From: Octopus vulgaris
Taxonomy: Eukaryota
Reading direction: 5' to 3'
Assembly: GCA_951406725.2 (NCBI GenBank)
Contig: OX597822.1
Coordinates: 13,826,001 to 13,890,000 of the forward strand
Length of the DNA stretch: 64,000 nt
Numbering within the stretch: the stretch's first letter is position 1; each line of letters starts with the position of its first letter. Positions 30,496 through 44,242 of the stretch are shown here, one piece after another. The position numbers and the translations under genes are program-made. The notes under the pieces were generated by a model. That model was not told the DNA's origin, did no database searches, and worked only from the letters and a program-made list of their open reading frames with translations.

Positions 30496-30546
30496 AGCTT
30501 CCTGAAGATTTCTCTTGAATGAAACAGTACTAGTCCTGTAGAAGCT
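30496..30546 (+). ncRNA. Type I hammerhead ribozyme motif, right arm; predicted cleavage after GUA (30540)
   Basis: Helix I agcttc/gaagct; CTGAAGA; weak helix II ttc/gaa with U-U at its base; GAAA; helix III cag/ctg with palindromic ACTAGT in the loop. Confidence 0.8.
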
Positions 30547-30568
30547 CCTTCTATATAATAAATTAAAA

Positions 30569-30622
<54 letters not shown>

Positions 30623-30842
30623 TACATACACACACACACGTACATATATATATATATATGTATATACACAAGTGTGTTTGCATTTCTATATAAATTTTCT
30701 AGTCATAGATAGTAGGGATGGGGGAGAAGGTATGATTAAAGGGGAGGAGGAAAGGAAAAAAGAAAAAAGAAAAAGAGGAAAAAGAAGAAAAATGTATTTA
30801 TATATCTGTCTCCTCAAATTAGTGCTCGATGAAGATAACTAT

Positions 30843-30902
<60 letters not shown>

Positions 30903-31179
30903 CGAAGGCAGTGGTGGTGGTGGTGGTGGTGGTGGTGGTGGTGGTTGGAGCAGTAGTAGATCGATTCTTTTCCTCCTATCACAACTACCACCATCGCCAC
31001 CACCACCACCACCACCGCCACTTATTCTGCCAACAATTGCCAACCACCCAACCAGCCAGTCGGCTAACAACCCCACGCTCTATATTCCTATATTCTTATA
31101 TTCCTATATTCCTGTAGACATTCAATTTCCTTGTGGTAAGTTCCATATACAGAGAACAAATATTGAAAAATATACACGG

Positions 31180-31218
<39 letters not shown>

Positions 31219-31794
31219 CGTGTGTGTGTTGTGTGTGTGCTTCTGTTTGATTTATGTTTTAACTGCTTCCACCAGATGGCGTTTTGTATTAGCGTCACGA
31301 AACTTCCACGCGATGTTATTCGACTGTTTGGGATGGTTGTTGTTGCTGCTGTTGTTGGTGGTGGTGACCAAGGTGGCATTCGTGGCGGTAGTGGAGGTGA
31401 TGGCGGCGGCGGCGGAGGTGGTGGCATTGGTGGCGATAGCAGTTGTACTGGTGGAGGTAGCACAGTGGTGCTGGTGGGGGTGGGAGTGGCGTCGGCGGTG
31501 GTGATGGTTGTCGTCGTCGCCGCGGCCGCGGTGGCATTAGTGGCGATAGCAGTGACGGTGGTGGTGGTGGTGGTGGTGGTGGTGGTAGTAGTGTTTTTTG
31601 TTGGTGTTAGCGGTGGTGGTGGTGGTGGTGGTGTTGGTGGTGGCGGCAATGATGCTTATGGGGATGCTGCCGGTGGCTACAAGACATACAAGATGTTGCT
31701 ACCAGAGAAGAGTCGTTGTTACACTCATTGGGAACTGGACGAACAAAATTACCTGCGTTCTCAATTGATACAATGTGTGTGCATAAGAGTGTGA

Positions 31795-32060
31795 TTATGT
31801 ATGCGGATGTGTGTGTGTGTGTCCGTGTGTTTATGTATGCGGATGTGTGTGTGTGTTTATGTATGCGGATGTGTGTGTGTCCGTGTCCGTGTGTTTATGT
31901 ATGCGGATGTGTGTGTGTGTTTATGTATGCGGATGTGTGTGTGTGTTTATGTATGCGGATGTGTGTGTGTCCGTGTCCGTGTGTTTATGTATGCGGATGT
32001 GTGTGTGTGTGTCCGTGTGTTTATGTATGCGGATGTGTGTGTGTGTGTGTCCGTGTCCAT
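31795..32060. repeat. Variable-unit tandem repeat ttatgtatgcgga(tg)n(tccgtg)
   Basis: About eight units visible. Confidence 0.85.
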
Positions 32061-32199
32061 GTGTGCGTATTGGGGAACAAAATTGTGTTTTGTGTGTAAA
32101 TTCATCACGTTAGCCTGTGTTAGCTAGCAATACACATGTGTATATGAATGTATGTATGTATGCATGTATGTATTATCTATGTGTGTGAATGTGTGTGTA

Positions 32200-32555
32200 T
32201 ATCATCATCATCATCGTCGTCATCGTCATCTAGCGTCCGTTTTCCATGCTGGCTTTGGTTGGACGGTTTGCACCAAACTCCAGTCTGTTTTGGCATGGTT
32301 TCGTACGGCTGGGTGCCCTTCCTAACGCCAACCACTCCGAGAGCGCAAGGCATGCTTTTACGTGTCACTGGCACGAGTGCCAATTGCGTGGCACCAATAT
32401 CTGTCGCGACTACAGTTTCACTTGGCTTGATGGGTCTGTTACTCAAGCACAGCATATTGACAAAAGTCTTGGTAATTTGTCATTGCCTACGTGAGGCCCA
32501 GCACTCGAAAGGTGCTTTTTATGTGCCACCGGCACAGGTGCCAGTTACGTAAAAC
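32200..32555 (-). mobile_element. RTE-related non-autonomous retroposon with (GAT)n tail
   Basis: Revcomp: ttggcgttaggaagggcacccagccgta.. and catggaaaacggacgcta-gatgacgatga tail, resembling RTE-derived UTR motifs. Confidence 0.6.
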
Positions 32556-33491
32556 CGACAACCGCCACCATTATGGTGGGGGGGAAATTTTTGGTAGTAG
32601 TACGCTGGCAGACTGTGGTTGATGAGAAACAGGCACCTCTTTGGCGCTAATTTTGAAACCGGTTCCAGGTTGACTAGCATTGCTTGTGGTGACCTAGCAG
32701 GGGTAAGACGTTTTTAATCTTCACTGGAATTTTTTCCCACCATACGCGTATTACCTTTGTGACAATTCTGTGGTACAGAAATATTTTAACTTCTATTTTT
32801 AGCAATGTAGGTGCTCATGTGGGATCTTCCTGTGTGTGTGTGAATTGCTCGAAATACGAGAGTAGAAAAAACAGCCAACAACTGATGAAGGATCGCTCTT
32901 TATGTTGTTTGTCTAATTTTCCATTTGTGTCTTTCGTATTTTTTGTTGTACACGTTTTGTGACGTCCTGTGCCCACATCTGCATATATATATATATACAT
33001 ACATACACACACATATATATATATATAAATATACACACACACACACTTATATATATACATATATATATATATACTTATAGATGTATGACATATACGTATG
33101 TATATATGCATATATATATATATATATTATTTACATATATATAGACACACACAGATATATGCACGTATGTATACTTATTTATGAATGTGTGTGTGTGTGC
33201 ATATATATACACACAAATTTGTGGACAGTGTATGGGTGTACGTTTTGTAGACTAGTCTTGGCCTATACGTTTATACGTGTTGCTGTCAAAATGTATGTGC
33301 CTGTGTCTTTACGTCAAATTATGCCAGCCTAGCTAGGTGCGGGTGTGTGTATGTGTGTTTACGTATGAATAAGCGTATGTGTATTGGTATATATATGCGT
33401 ATGAGTGTAGATTAGTCTACACAACCATGTACGTCATGTGTGTTGTGTTTGTGTTTATAGGGACAAGTTTATATATTTGTGTGTAAAAGCG

Positions 33492-33549
<58 letters not shown>

Positions 33550-33746
33550 GGGAAGAGAGGAAAACAGACAGAGAATCAATACATACATGTACGTGAAAAA
33601 GTATTTTGATGTGTGTGTGTATATGTATGTGTGTTTGTATGTATGTATGTATATATGAACTTGAGAGATAGCTTACGTGAATGTGTAAGAATGTGTGTAC
33701 TTACATGAAAGAAAAAGTGACGAGAAAGACAGATTGTCATTGTTTT

Positions 33747-33795
<49 letters not shown>

Positions 33796-34447
33796 GTGGA
33801 GGAAGAGTAATTGTTGTTGTAGTAGTGATGGTGGTGGTGGTGGTAGTATTAGTAGTAGTAGTAGTAATAATTGTTGTGGATGTGTGGTGGTAGCGTTGGT
33901 AGTGGCGCGGCGGTAGCGGTGGTGGTGGTGGTGGTGGTGGTGGTGGTGGTGGTGGTGGTGGTGGTGGTGGTGGCATGGTTAGTGCTCTTGGAGTTGGCTC
34001 TAGCATGTAGTGAGAGAGTCGATTGTGATGCGTGCGAAATGCACTTGCCAGTGTGTGCATAATTCCGTGACGGCATCTCCGAACCATACGCATGACTGGC
34101 GACTGCGTGCATTTGTATGAGATTGGGAAGGCATAATAAACATGCAAAATTTCAAATGCATGAACACACACACACGCATTCGTAATAAAAGTTGGAATAA
34201 TTGTCAAGAAATATTTCAAGACATGTTGAAAATATGACAATATGCAAAGATTGGATGCACAAAGCTTGATGAAAATGGCGCTCAAGCATACGCTTAAGAT
34301 CGAAATATATGCAGAAGACGATATACATTGAATTGAGTGAGGAACTTTTGTGGTCACAGGAATGAGCAATGAGAGGGAAATCTTTAAGCAGTGTTGGAGC
34401 GAATCGACAGCAGCGAACGAGTAAATATACGGGCAAAACGTTTTGAG

Positions 34448-34838
34448 TAAGGTGAGAACTCGCGGTACGAGTTTAATTCGTTCCATGACCGTGCTCGTCT
34501 TACGTTTTACTAGTTTTACAAATCAATTTTCCCCATTGAAATTAGCTAAAGTATAATTAATCCGTTCCAGCCCCCAACCCCAAACCACTCAAAAATAATT
34601 GTTTATGGGGTTTGAAATAGAAAAGTTGTAGTTACAATTAAAATGACAATTATAAATAAGAGAATGCAAAAATATGTAAACTGGTTTTATTAACTGAATT
34701 ACCTTAAAGATGGGATGGTTTGTGTGCTCGTACTGCGGATTTCTGTCCGTACTTCAAGAAGAAAATTCGCACAAGTCTCGGCTCGTACAGCAAATTACTC
34801 GTACAATTGGGGTACTCGTACTGCAAGGTTCTGCTGTA
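34448..34838. mobile_element. Tigger/pogo-like MITE
   Basis: Imperfect TIRs gagaactcgcggtacgag / ctcgtactgcaaggttct, internal ctcgta repeats, TA at both ends. Confidence 0.6.
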
Positions 34839-35894
34839 TTGTGTTTTGTTTACATGACGAAATACGATATACCCGAAGAGTGACCTCAACAATTACTTAT
34901 CGAAAACAGATAAGCAAAGAACAGATGGGAAGAGACAAAGACGGGGGTATGACGTTAAAGACGGTATCTCACAGTGTAAGATGTTTCAAATTGCTGTCTG
35001 GCAGTTAATTGTTTAGTTCAAAGAAATTTTCAAAAGCATATTTTGCTAAAAATGTATTTAGATTGGAAATTTTAAGAATTATCATAACAATACAGACGTT
35101 AATAATTGCTTTCTTTTAGTGAATTTTGCATTCTCAAAACCGTCTCTATTTTAGCAACGATACTTGTGCATCTATAACTATAAATATATTTAAATATATA
35201 ATATATGTATATATATATATATATGTGTGTGTGTCTGTGTGTGTGTGTGTGTGTGTGCATGTATGTATGTATGTGTATAAATGTATGTACGTACATATAT
35301 ACGTATTAGAGGTTTATCAATGTGAAGTAAGTGGAATGTGGTAACTACCATGCACTTTTGTAACGAACCTCTCACCTGAATAATACAGAGAGGGGAGAGA
35401 GAGAGAGGGGGAACGGAGGGAGAGAAAGAGAGAGAAAGAGTGTTTGATCGATTAGAGGCAGAAATTTTGTTATTGATCTGATCTCGTAGTTTGGCACAGT
35501 TGAATGGATACTGGAATGTCGTGTGTATATAACCAACTCTCTGTAATATATGTACAATCAATCCTAAAGCTTACGTTACGGACATATCCTTAATTAGATG
35601 TCCACCAGTGATCATAGAAATTTTCAAAAAGCTTCCGACAACCTTGTTATCTCATGCGGAGCAGTGACGCACCGTTGTTCGGGTTTCTATCTAGGGAGCA
35701 TCCGGCAATCGCAGCTAATTCCAGAAAATAAAAAAGTGTATATATTGTAATTTACTGTATGTATTCAATGCATGTATGTATGCATCTATGTATGCATGTA
35801 TGTATGCATGTATGTGTGTGTGTGTGTATGCATGTGTATGTGTGTGTATGTATTGTGAAAGTATGTATTCACATATATGCATGTATCGTGTATC

Positions 35895-35937
<43 letters not shown>

Positions 35938-35981
35938 TTCTTACATACAAATATATATCTGTATATGTGTGTATACATATG

Positions 35982-36012
<31 letters not shown>

Positions 36013-36193
36013 ATGTATGATATTCCATACATAAACACATATATGTATGTATGTGTGTGTACAACGAAGGTGTAGAACGAATCAATTTTCTACATATGTG
36101 GCATTTGCATTTTTTTGGTGCTTGTTTTCTATTAGTACCATTTTCGATGCTGATATTCTTTCATTACATAAACACGTTTGTTCATCGAGGTGT

Positions 36194-36233
<40 letters not shown>

Positions 36234-36485
36234 CACTTTATACGAAACGTCATCGAAGAAACGAAGATGGCGATGAAAGACCTGCCAACTCCAGTCAAGA
36301 CCCTTTCCGCCCAGCAAATATTTATGTGAAGGCAGAGAAGAATAGACGGACGAATGGATAGAGAGTTGTAAAGATTTGAATGTATATAAGAGGATAAATT
36401 ACTCAATACCGAAATTGAAGTGTTTGTACTTCGTTGGAGCCTGAAGTTTGATGTCCCTTAAAAAAATTAATAAAATAAGAAGTCA

Positions 36486-36516
<31 letters not shown>

Positions 36517-36685
36517 CTATGTATGTGTGTGTACACGTACCTTGAACTGTAAATTGAATAGACCATATGATCAGAGCCTGAAGATTACTTGGAGGCACAA
36601 CGCATGTTATAAAACCTGTCTGGATTCACGTCAACAATCCCGAAATTTTTTGTAGTTCTTAACTTCATATTGTGTACATTAAATG

Positions 36686-36718
<33 letters not shown>

Positions 36719-36789
36719 CATAAACACACACGCATGTATGTATGATGTTTGTGTATATGTTAAGGTTTGCTTGATCATAGAGACATGTT

Positions 36790-37000
36790 GGTTTCAAATT
36801 TTGGCACTAGGTCATTAAGTTTTCTTTTGGTGGGGTAAGTCGATTACATCCACCCCAGTGCTCCACTGGTACTTATTTTATCGACCCTGAAAGGATTACC
36901 GGTGAAGTCGGTCTCGGCGGAATTCGAACTTAAACCGTAAAGACGGATTTGATTTGCCGTTAAACATTTTTCCCGGCGCGGTAACGAATCTGCCAGCACT
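36790..37000 (-). mobile_element. SINE family C
   Basis: ctggtacttattttatcgaccc..ggcggaattcgaact..tctgccagc. Confidence 0.75.
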
Positions 37001-37804
37001 TTGCCGATGGACGCGTAGACATATTGTACGCAAAGACTAACTTCTTCTGCAGAATTTAACAAAATAGGTAAAATGAAAGAATCGCTTAGAGCATCACATG
37101 ATAATATTATATTTTGAAGTTCGTCTGAATTACAAACAAACGAAGACAAATAAAGTTTATTTATTTTAATATATATGTGAGCGTTTATATATATATAAAC
37201 ACGCACACACATACATACATGTATATCCGTACATACGTACATGTATATATCTGATATATGGGGTGTGTTTGAGCTGCTTTTTATCTGTTTATAGTCTGCT
37301 TACATTATATTCATGTACATTCCTCTAAGCTGTTTATTGAGCTCTTTAGTTCAACTCTTTAAAAAACAAAATATATACTCGTTTCTTAAGAAATATTTTT
37401 ATATAGCTCGAAGTAAACTTTATTGACGTACATTGCTGTAGATTATCTCAGCACATACACCGCAGACATAAATATATAGCCATCCAAATTAATATATAAT
37501 ATTTACACTTTGTGTCTTATGTGTCCCTTCTCGCGGGTGTTTAATAATTACAGCATTGACTCGTGTATAAGTCGCACTATTTTACACGAGATTTTAAGAG
37601 GAAAAAAAACTTGGATGCAATTTATACGTCAGACGAAGCTGAATCTACGAAGGGAACTTTGTAGCAAGATATAACACTGAATTAGCAATGCGCCCTATAC
37701 AATTATAAATATCGGTAACTGCTGGATAGTTCGGTTAAAGTGCATAACGTAAGACAAAAAAGAAACAACGATAGATACATAACATTTGATAATAATAATA
37801 ATAA

Positions 37805-37835
<31 letters not shown>

Positions 37836-37844
37836 AAACAATAA

Positions 37845-38915
37845 ATCATATTGCCTCTGGCTGCCCAGTCCTGGCTAAGAAGGAATATATTCACAGACAT
37901 GACAGAGTTGGGACCTACATACACTGGAAGCTATGCTAACACTATGGAGTAACAGCAGAAAAAAAGATGGTATAGGGACACGACAGAAAACGAGAAAGCA
38001 ACAATACTATGGGATAGGCCAATACACACAAATAGAGAAATTAAGGACAATAGGCCAGATATAGTTGTCAAAGATAATGAAGAAAAAAAATGCTTTCTAA
38101 TTGATGTATCAATACTGAAAGCTAAGGTAGTAACTCACTAACCACATAAACTCTGCTTGGAATAAGAACGATCCTGAGTCAAATCAATAATAACAATAAT
38201 TAGACCAGGCTTTGAGAACAAATTCTATCAAGTCCTCTATAGACCACACATCAAAGTCACCATTGTGCATAAAACGTGGGCAGGAAGCTGAAAGTGTTCG
38301 TCACATTATCAGTGGCTACTCAAAGTAGCATGAAGAGTGTACGGACGTCGACAGGACAAGGTCTACCCTAGGGCGTATTGGGAACTCTGCAAAAATGTCC
38401 CTTTATGTGCACCGATAATTTCTGTGGCTAAATTCCACAGGCCTTGGTTGAGAATGAGCGAATAAAGCTCATATAGGACATGGTCATTTTTACAGACAGG
38501 CATGTGGAGTATAATTGCCATGCTATTACAATTGTTTTCGGAGACACACATAAATGGGTCATGATAGATATCGCTGTTCCTGCAGACCAGAATGTTGAAA
38601 TCACCGAAAGGGTAAAGGTAGACAAATACAAGGATTAGGGGAGCCAGGTACGAGAAACACAAGACGCAACAGTCAAAGCGTCTTCTTTGTCATCAGTGCA
38701 TTCGGAACAATTCAAAAAATCTGGATGTAATACGTGAGGACTAAGGCATACCAGATATTGGTACAAATGTAAGGGTAGAACCCCTACAAAAACCAGCATT
38801 GTTTGGAACTGCAGGAAGTTTTCGCAGGGTTCTTGAAGCATGACCAGTAAAACACTTTAGTCTGTTGGCTGACACCTTCCTTCATACCCAGCAAAATAAG
38901 CTGAGAGTTTTCATT
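37845..38915 (+). pseudogene. Two degenerate R4/Dong-like LINE C-terminal fragments
   Basis: GCPVLAKKEYIHRHDRVGTYIHWKLC..ENEKATILWD..NRPDIVVKD..CFLIDVSI (37845-38118); a second decayed CCHC/RLE copy at about 38250-38840. Confidence 0.75.
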
Positions 38916-38929
38916 AAATAATAATATTG

Positions 38930-39141
38930 ATGATTTCGAATTTTGACACGAGGCCAACAATTTTGGGGAGGGGATAAGTCGAGTACATCAACCCCAGTGC
39001 TCGGCTGGTACTTATTTTATCGACCCAAGAGGATGGAAGGCAAAGTTAACCTCACGGAATTTGAATTCAGGCCGCGAGGACGGATAAAATACCGCTAAGC
39101 ACTTTGCCCGGCGTGCTAACGATTCTGCCAGCACGCCGCCT
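38930..39141 (-). mobile_element. SINE family C
   Basis: Ends gctaacgattctgccagcacgccgcc (revcomp of the tRNA head). Confidence 0.8.
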
Positions 39142-39170
39142 TAATAATAATAATACGAATATTGATGATG

Positions 39171-39209
<39 letters not shown>

Positions 39210-39212
<3 letters not shown>

Positions 39213-39700
39213 TGTACATTGTTTTGTCTTGGTATAAAAGATGGGCTACAGCAAATATTCTGCTGAATACCACAGATTTGCTTGTCAGTTGTTTGACCGT
39301 AACCAGTTGAGCATGTCCCTTAGTAGCTGACGATATTTGCATCTCTGTTCACGAGCAGAAGTAGTGGGGGAGCATCATAGCCATGTGTTGAAAAGAATTC
39401 TTGGACGTTTGGATAATTCACCTTTGGAAACATGGGTGGTTCGTTCAACATCTTTAAACAATCCTTATTCAGGGACCTTTTGAGCGGGATGGGCTACTCA
39501 ACCTGAAGAAAATTCTAACTGGGCCTCACCTGCAAGGTCATGTGCTGTTTATCTTGATATGAGATCACCATGTCGCGCACATATGGTTGTGATGCATGTG
39601 CCTGGTGTATCCTTATCAGACGGGTAGTCATGATGGGTATACTGGGCTTTGTATATTTTACCCCAGTGTCAATTTGATGGCATGCACTGGTCTCTCACTC
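39210..39700 (+). mobile_element. 5'-truncated R4/Dong-like LINE 3' UTR inside an (AAT)n array
   Basis: (AAT)n on both sides; terminus shared with the RLE fragment at 14430-14712; revcomp copies at 13835-14085, 52640-52770 and 56670-57045. Confidence 0.7.
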
Positions 39701-39736
<36 letters not shown>

Positions 39737-40005
39737 CGATTTTTTTATTTACCAAGGAGAGGATGATGAGATGAATCATTGTTACAAGAAGATAATGTCG
39801 ATGATATTAATAATAATTAATAATAAAGCAATCTGACGTTGTATGGAAAAAGTAGAGAACTCAACGGAATTATTTTTAACAAAATGTCAAAGATTCTCAC
39901 TAAAACCTCCGGGTATCAACCACAATTACACACACACAAACACAATGACTTGTACAATGAATGTGTACATATACAAACACACGTTTCATATATATATATA
40001 TATAT

Positions 40006-40108
<103 letters not shown>

Positions 40109-40124
40109 TGTATGTGTGTGTGTG

Positions 40125-40187
<63 letters not shown>

Positions 40188-40277
40188 GTACATTCATTCA
40201 TACATACATACATACATACATACATACATACACTAATTGTATCGATAGACGTGTGTATGTGTGTGTATTTATGCACG

Positions 40278-41526
40278 TATTGGGCTGTCAGATAAATTCG
40301 TTTCCATTTATTTTAATCTTTATTTTTTATCACCAATTTTAACACAAGACTCAATAATACAGTCTCCTTCATTATTCATGGTTTCTTGCCATCGTTCCAC
40401 AAGCTTGTCAAGGCCTTGATGATAGAGACCATTGGTCCTCTCTCAGAGAATTCATAGAATCACATTTACACTCCTGCGTCGTTGTTGAACAAAATACCAC
40501 GCAGGTTAATGGAGAGACCGAAAAAGGTGGTCGTCTGAAGATGCATTATCCGAAGAATACAATGAGTGCGCTAGAATTTCCTATCTGAGCTCTTGTATAG
40601 CATTTTTGGTCAAAATTAACGTCGCAGGGACGAGAGATGTCGTGTTGGAGAAGCACCTCATGTTGCGACCAAAGCTGTTTCAACCGGACTGCCTTGTCCC
40701 GCTCGTTGTATTTGTTGGACATAAGGCTTCGCATTGACCGTTTAGTTGGTTGCCAGCATTTAATATTGGATTAGCCCATTCCAGTCTTATCAAATACTAA
40801 TCATTATCTTGCGTGGATGCAGCTCTGGCTTAGTTTGAGCTGTTGCTTGCTTGTCGGAATTCAACCATTTTTCTACTGCTTCGTATTGACGTAAATACAC
40901 CATTCTCCACTGCTGGTGACGATGCGGTGAAGAAATCTTTGTATCCACAAGTAAAGTTGCGAGCAAACTGGCGGTGAAGCAGCAGCGCTGTAGTTTTGTC
41001 TATTTCCTTCAGAACGTGTGGTACCCATGCACCATACTCATCCAGTGAAACTGACAGGTAGCGGTATCACGAGAACATTCCATCTGCTTAGTCAATTCCC
41101 TAGTAGACTGGCACGGATCAACGTGAATGACTTCGTTCAGTCGATCCTTATTGAAGTGAACAGGTCGGTCGGAACGCAGAAGGTCTTTAAGGTCAAATTT
41201 CCCCTACTTGAAGCGTGGAAACCAACTCTGTGCGGTTCTTTCAGTTATAGCACTTTCTCCGTATACGGCACTAATATTTCTTGCGGCTTTGGCAACTTTG
41301 TAACATTGATTGAAAACGAAGACTACCACGTGTCAAAAATGCTCATTTTCTTTCTACTTGGCACGTTGTCGTCACATGTCCGAAACGAAGTAAAATTTTA
41401 TACAAATTTCAAAAACGATAAACAGAAGAACAGAACAAAACAAAACAATAAACATAAACCACTACAATAAAAATGGTTTTCGTGTTAATTCAAAGAAACA
41501 AATGAATTTATTTACCAAACAAAATA
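40278..41526 (-). mobile_element. Decayed full-length mariner (about 1.25 kb)
   Basis: Revcomp remnants VLLQHDISRP (HDNARPH) and YSSDNASSDDHLF (YSPDLAPSDYHLF); degenerate TIRs at both ends. Confidence 0.75.
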
Positions 41527-41587
41527 TCTTTATACAAATGCATCTTCAACAACATCCATCAAGATTCAGACCGTATGCATGTATGTA

Positions 41588-41788
41588 TTCTTTTATTTTT
41601 TTTATTTGTTTCAGTCTTTTCACTGTGGTCATGCTAGAGCACCACCTTTGGTCGAGCAAATCGACCCCAGGACATATTCTTTGGAAGCCTAGTATTTATT
41701 CTATCTGTCTCTTTTGCCGCACCGCTAAGTTACGGGGACGTAAACACACCAGCATCGGTTGTCATGCGATGCTGGGCGACAAACACAG

Positions 41789-41864
<76 letters not shown>

Positions 41865-42034
41865 ATATACACGACGGGCTTCTTTCGGTTTCCGTCTATC
41901 AAGTCCACTCACAAAGCTTTGGTCGGTCCGAGGTTATAGTAGGAAACACTTCCCCAAGGTGCCATGCAGTGGGAATGAACCCGGAACCATGTGGTTGGTA
42001 AGCAAGCTACTTACCACACAGCCACTCCTGCGCC
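41588..42034 (-). mobile_element. SINE family B
   Basis: Revcomp similar to 21053-21484. Confidence 0.9.
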
Positions 42035-42049
42035 TATGTATGTATGTAT

Positions 42050-42410
42050 AAATGTCTTAAGGATGTATCATGCGCTGGGACATAGAAATAATCGGACAGA
42101 ATACCCGATCGCGCGGTTAAACCATTGGGAGTGGAGGACTCCTAGCCTTTGTTAGGGCATCCTTCTAGGAGAAGGTAACTCAGGTAATTGGGATAACTCC
42201 GACATAAAACCTGCGGCTCAGTGGTTACCGATGATGTTGACTTGTTCTTCTTTTCGGATTATGGCTGCTGTTGCTTAGTGAGTGGGATTGACTCAGTCCA
42301 CAGCCTTTCCGCACTTAAAAAAAATCTTCTTGCACAGGCATTGCATGATAACACCATTGATTAAGCTTCGTGCAATGGCCATACTCGATAACGAGGGGGC
42401 AGCCACCATG
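42050..42410 (+). mobile_element. Non-autonomous RTE derivative (UTR-like body plus RTE 3' tail)
   Basis: Tail ttaagcttcgtgcaatggccatactcgataacgagggggcagc matches 59626-59670; ctaggagaaggtaactc resembles RTE 5' UTRs; (ATGT)n flanks. Confidence 0.65.
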
Positions 42411-43715
42411 TATGTGTGTATGTATATATATGTGTGTGTATGTATGTGTGTGTGTGTGTGTGTGTGTTTGTGTCGGCGTGTTTAAGTTTCCGTAATTTAG
42501 CGGTTCGACAAACGAGACCGATTGAACAAGTGTCGGGTTCCAAAGAATAAGTTCTGTAGACGACTGATTACACTAAAAATTCTTCAAGGCGGTGCCCCAA
42601 AATGGCCGCAGTCTAATAAATGAAACAAGAAAAAGATAAAGAACGAAACCTAAAGGAAGTCACTGCAAGGTGAAGCGGATGCGCCATCCGTCTTTAATAG
42701 GTTTTATTAGTTTCCAGTTGGAATTCTCCTACGCAACGAAACAAACATATTCCATGTAAATTTATTGACGTCCTTCTAATGGGGCATATTTGAATCCGGC
42801 GACTATTTCACGGCGGACCCATCGGATGTAAACATCGGCATAGATAATTAGTCATACATCATCTGACCAGCTCTAACGCCTGAGACATGTTTGCAACCAT
42901 TTCCGGGGAGTCGTTAGCTACTATTGCAGTAAAGCCGTTGGATTACGTCGAAGTTTCTTTTCTTGGACATTCTTAATCCTGCAGATTAATCGGGATTAAT
43001 AATTCAAGAGAGGAACTCCCAGATGTAGAAGCAAATCCAGTGAATACCGCAACAACATTTCACGTTTCTTCCTCCCGTATTGGAACCGAATGCTAAGATA
43101 TGCTTCAGAACATGTCTCTATCTCCAAAAGTTTGTTTCTCTATTTCTTTCATTTTATATATGTACGTGTGCGCGTATTTGAGTGTATGTGTCTGTGTGTC
43201 TGTGTTTCAGTATATGTACGTATATTTATATACATATAGGTAGATATATATGGAGATGTGCATGTACGTGCTTACATACATGTAGGTATATTCATATACG
43301 TAGATGTATATATATTCTTGTTTATCAATATTCTTATATATGCATACATACACACATATATACATATATAGACACATGCATATAGTACGCGTGTGTATAT
43401 ATGATATATTTGTAATCATATATAGATACAGATAGATTGATTTACAGACAGATAGATAGGTAGATAGGTAGATAAATAGATAGATAGATCGATACATACA
43501 TACATACATACATACATACATACATACATACATACATACATACGTAGACGTTTGTAACATTTAGTATACATAAGTGTATGTGTGTAAATGTATATCTTTA
43601 TACATGCTGATATATATATATATATATATATATCGTGACTTCCTCCTCTCTATTCATCTGTATATACCAATCTATACTACAGAAATCTAAAACTGTATGT
43701 TTGCGTGTGTACGTT

Positions 43716-43778
<63 letters not shown>

Positions 43779-43791
43779 TTGTGTGTACGTT

Positions 43792-43855
<64 letters not shown>

Positions 43856-44171
43856 TGTGTACGTTGGTGTGTGTGTGTGTGTTTGTGTGTGTGTTGGTGT
43901 GTGTGTGTGTTTGTGTGTGTGTTGGTGTGTGTGTGTGTGTTTGTGTGTACGTTGGTGTGTGTGTGTGTGTTGTGTGTGTGTGTGTGTGTGTGTTTGTGTG
44001 TGTGTTGGTGTGTGTGTGTGTGTTTGTACATGTGCGTGAAAGAGAAAGGGAGAGGGAAAGAGAGGAGAGAGAGGGAGAGAAAGAGTATGTGTCTTAATCA
44101 CCTGTCTGCATATTTCGATTTACTTCGCTCAATGTTTGACAGCTTGTCTAACTATCAATCAAACCCTCTTC

Positions 44172-44242
<71 letters not shown>

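Larger units (their letters stand above)
27048..30566. mobile_element. 3.5-kb non-coding fold-back element (family H) with about 1.5-kb inverted arms
   Basis: 27113-28594 is the revcomp of 29047-30566, including unique blocks 27113-27320 and 28053-28360; spacer about 450 bp; (TA)n outside both ends. Confidence 0.92.

Noticed and set aside
30829-31794. 321-aa Ser/Gly/Pro/Val-rich ORF
   Set aside because: Made of (AGT)n, (GGT)n and (TG)n arrays that lack stops in this frame; no domain or splice support.
32840-32910. gaaatacgagagta...ctgatgaagg as a permuted hammerhead
   Set aside because: Core words are present but helix I does not form; left unassigned.
42660-43130. Tc1-like transposase remnant (SPDSN resembling SPDLN, minus strand)
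   Set aside because: One weak motif, no TIRs found.
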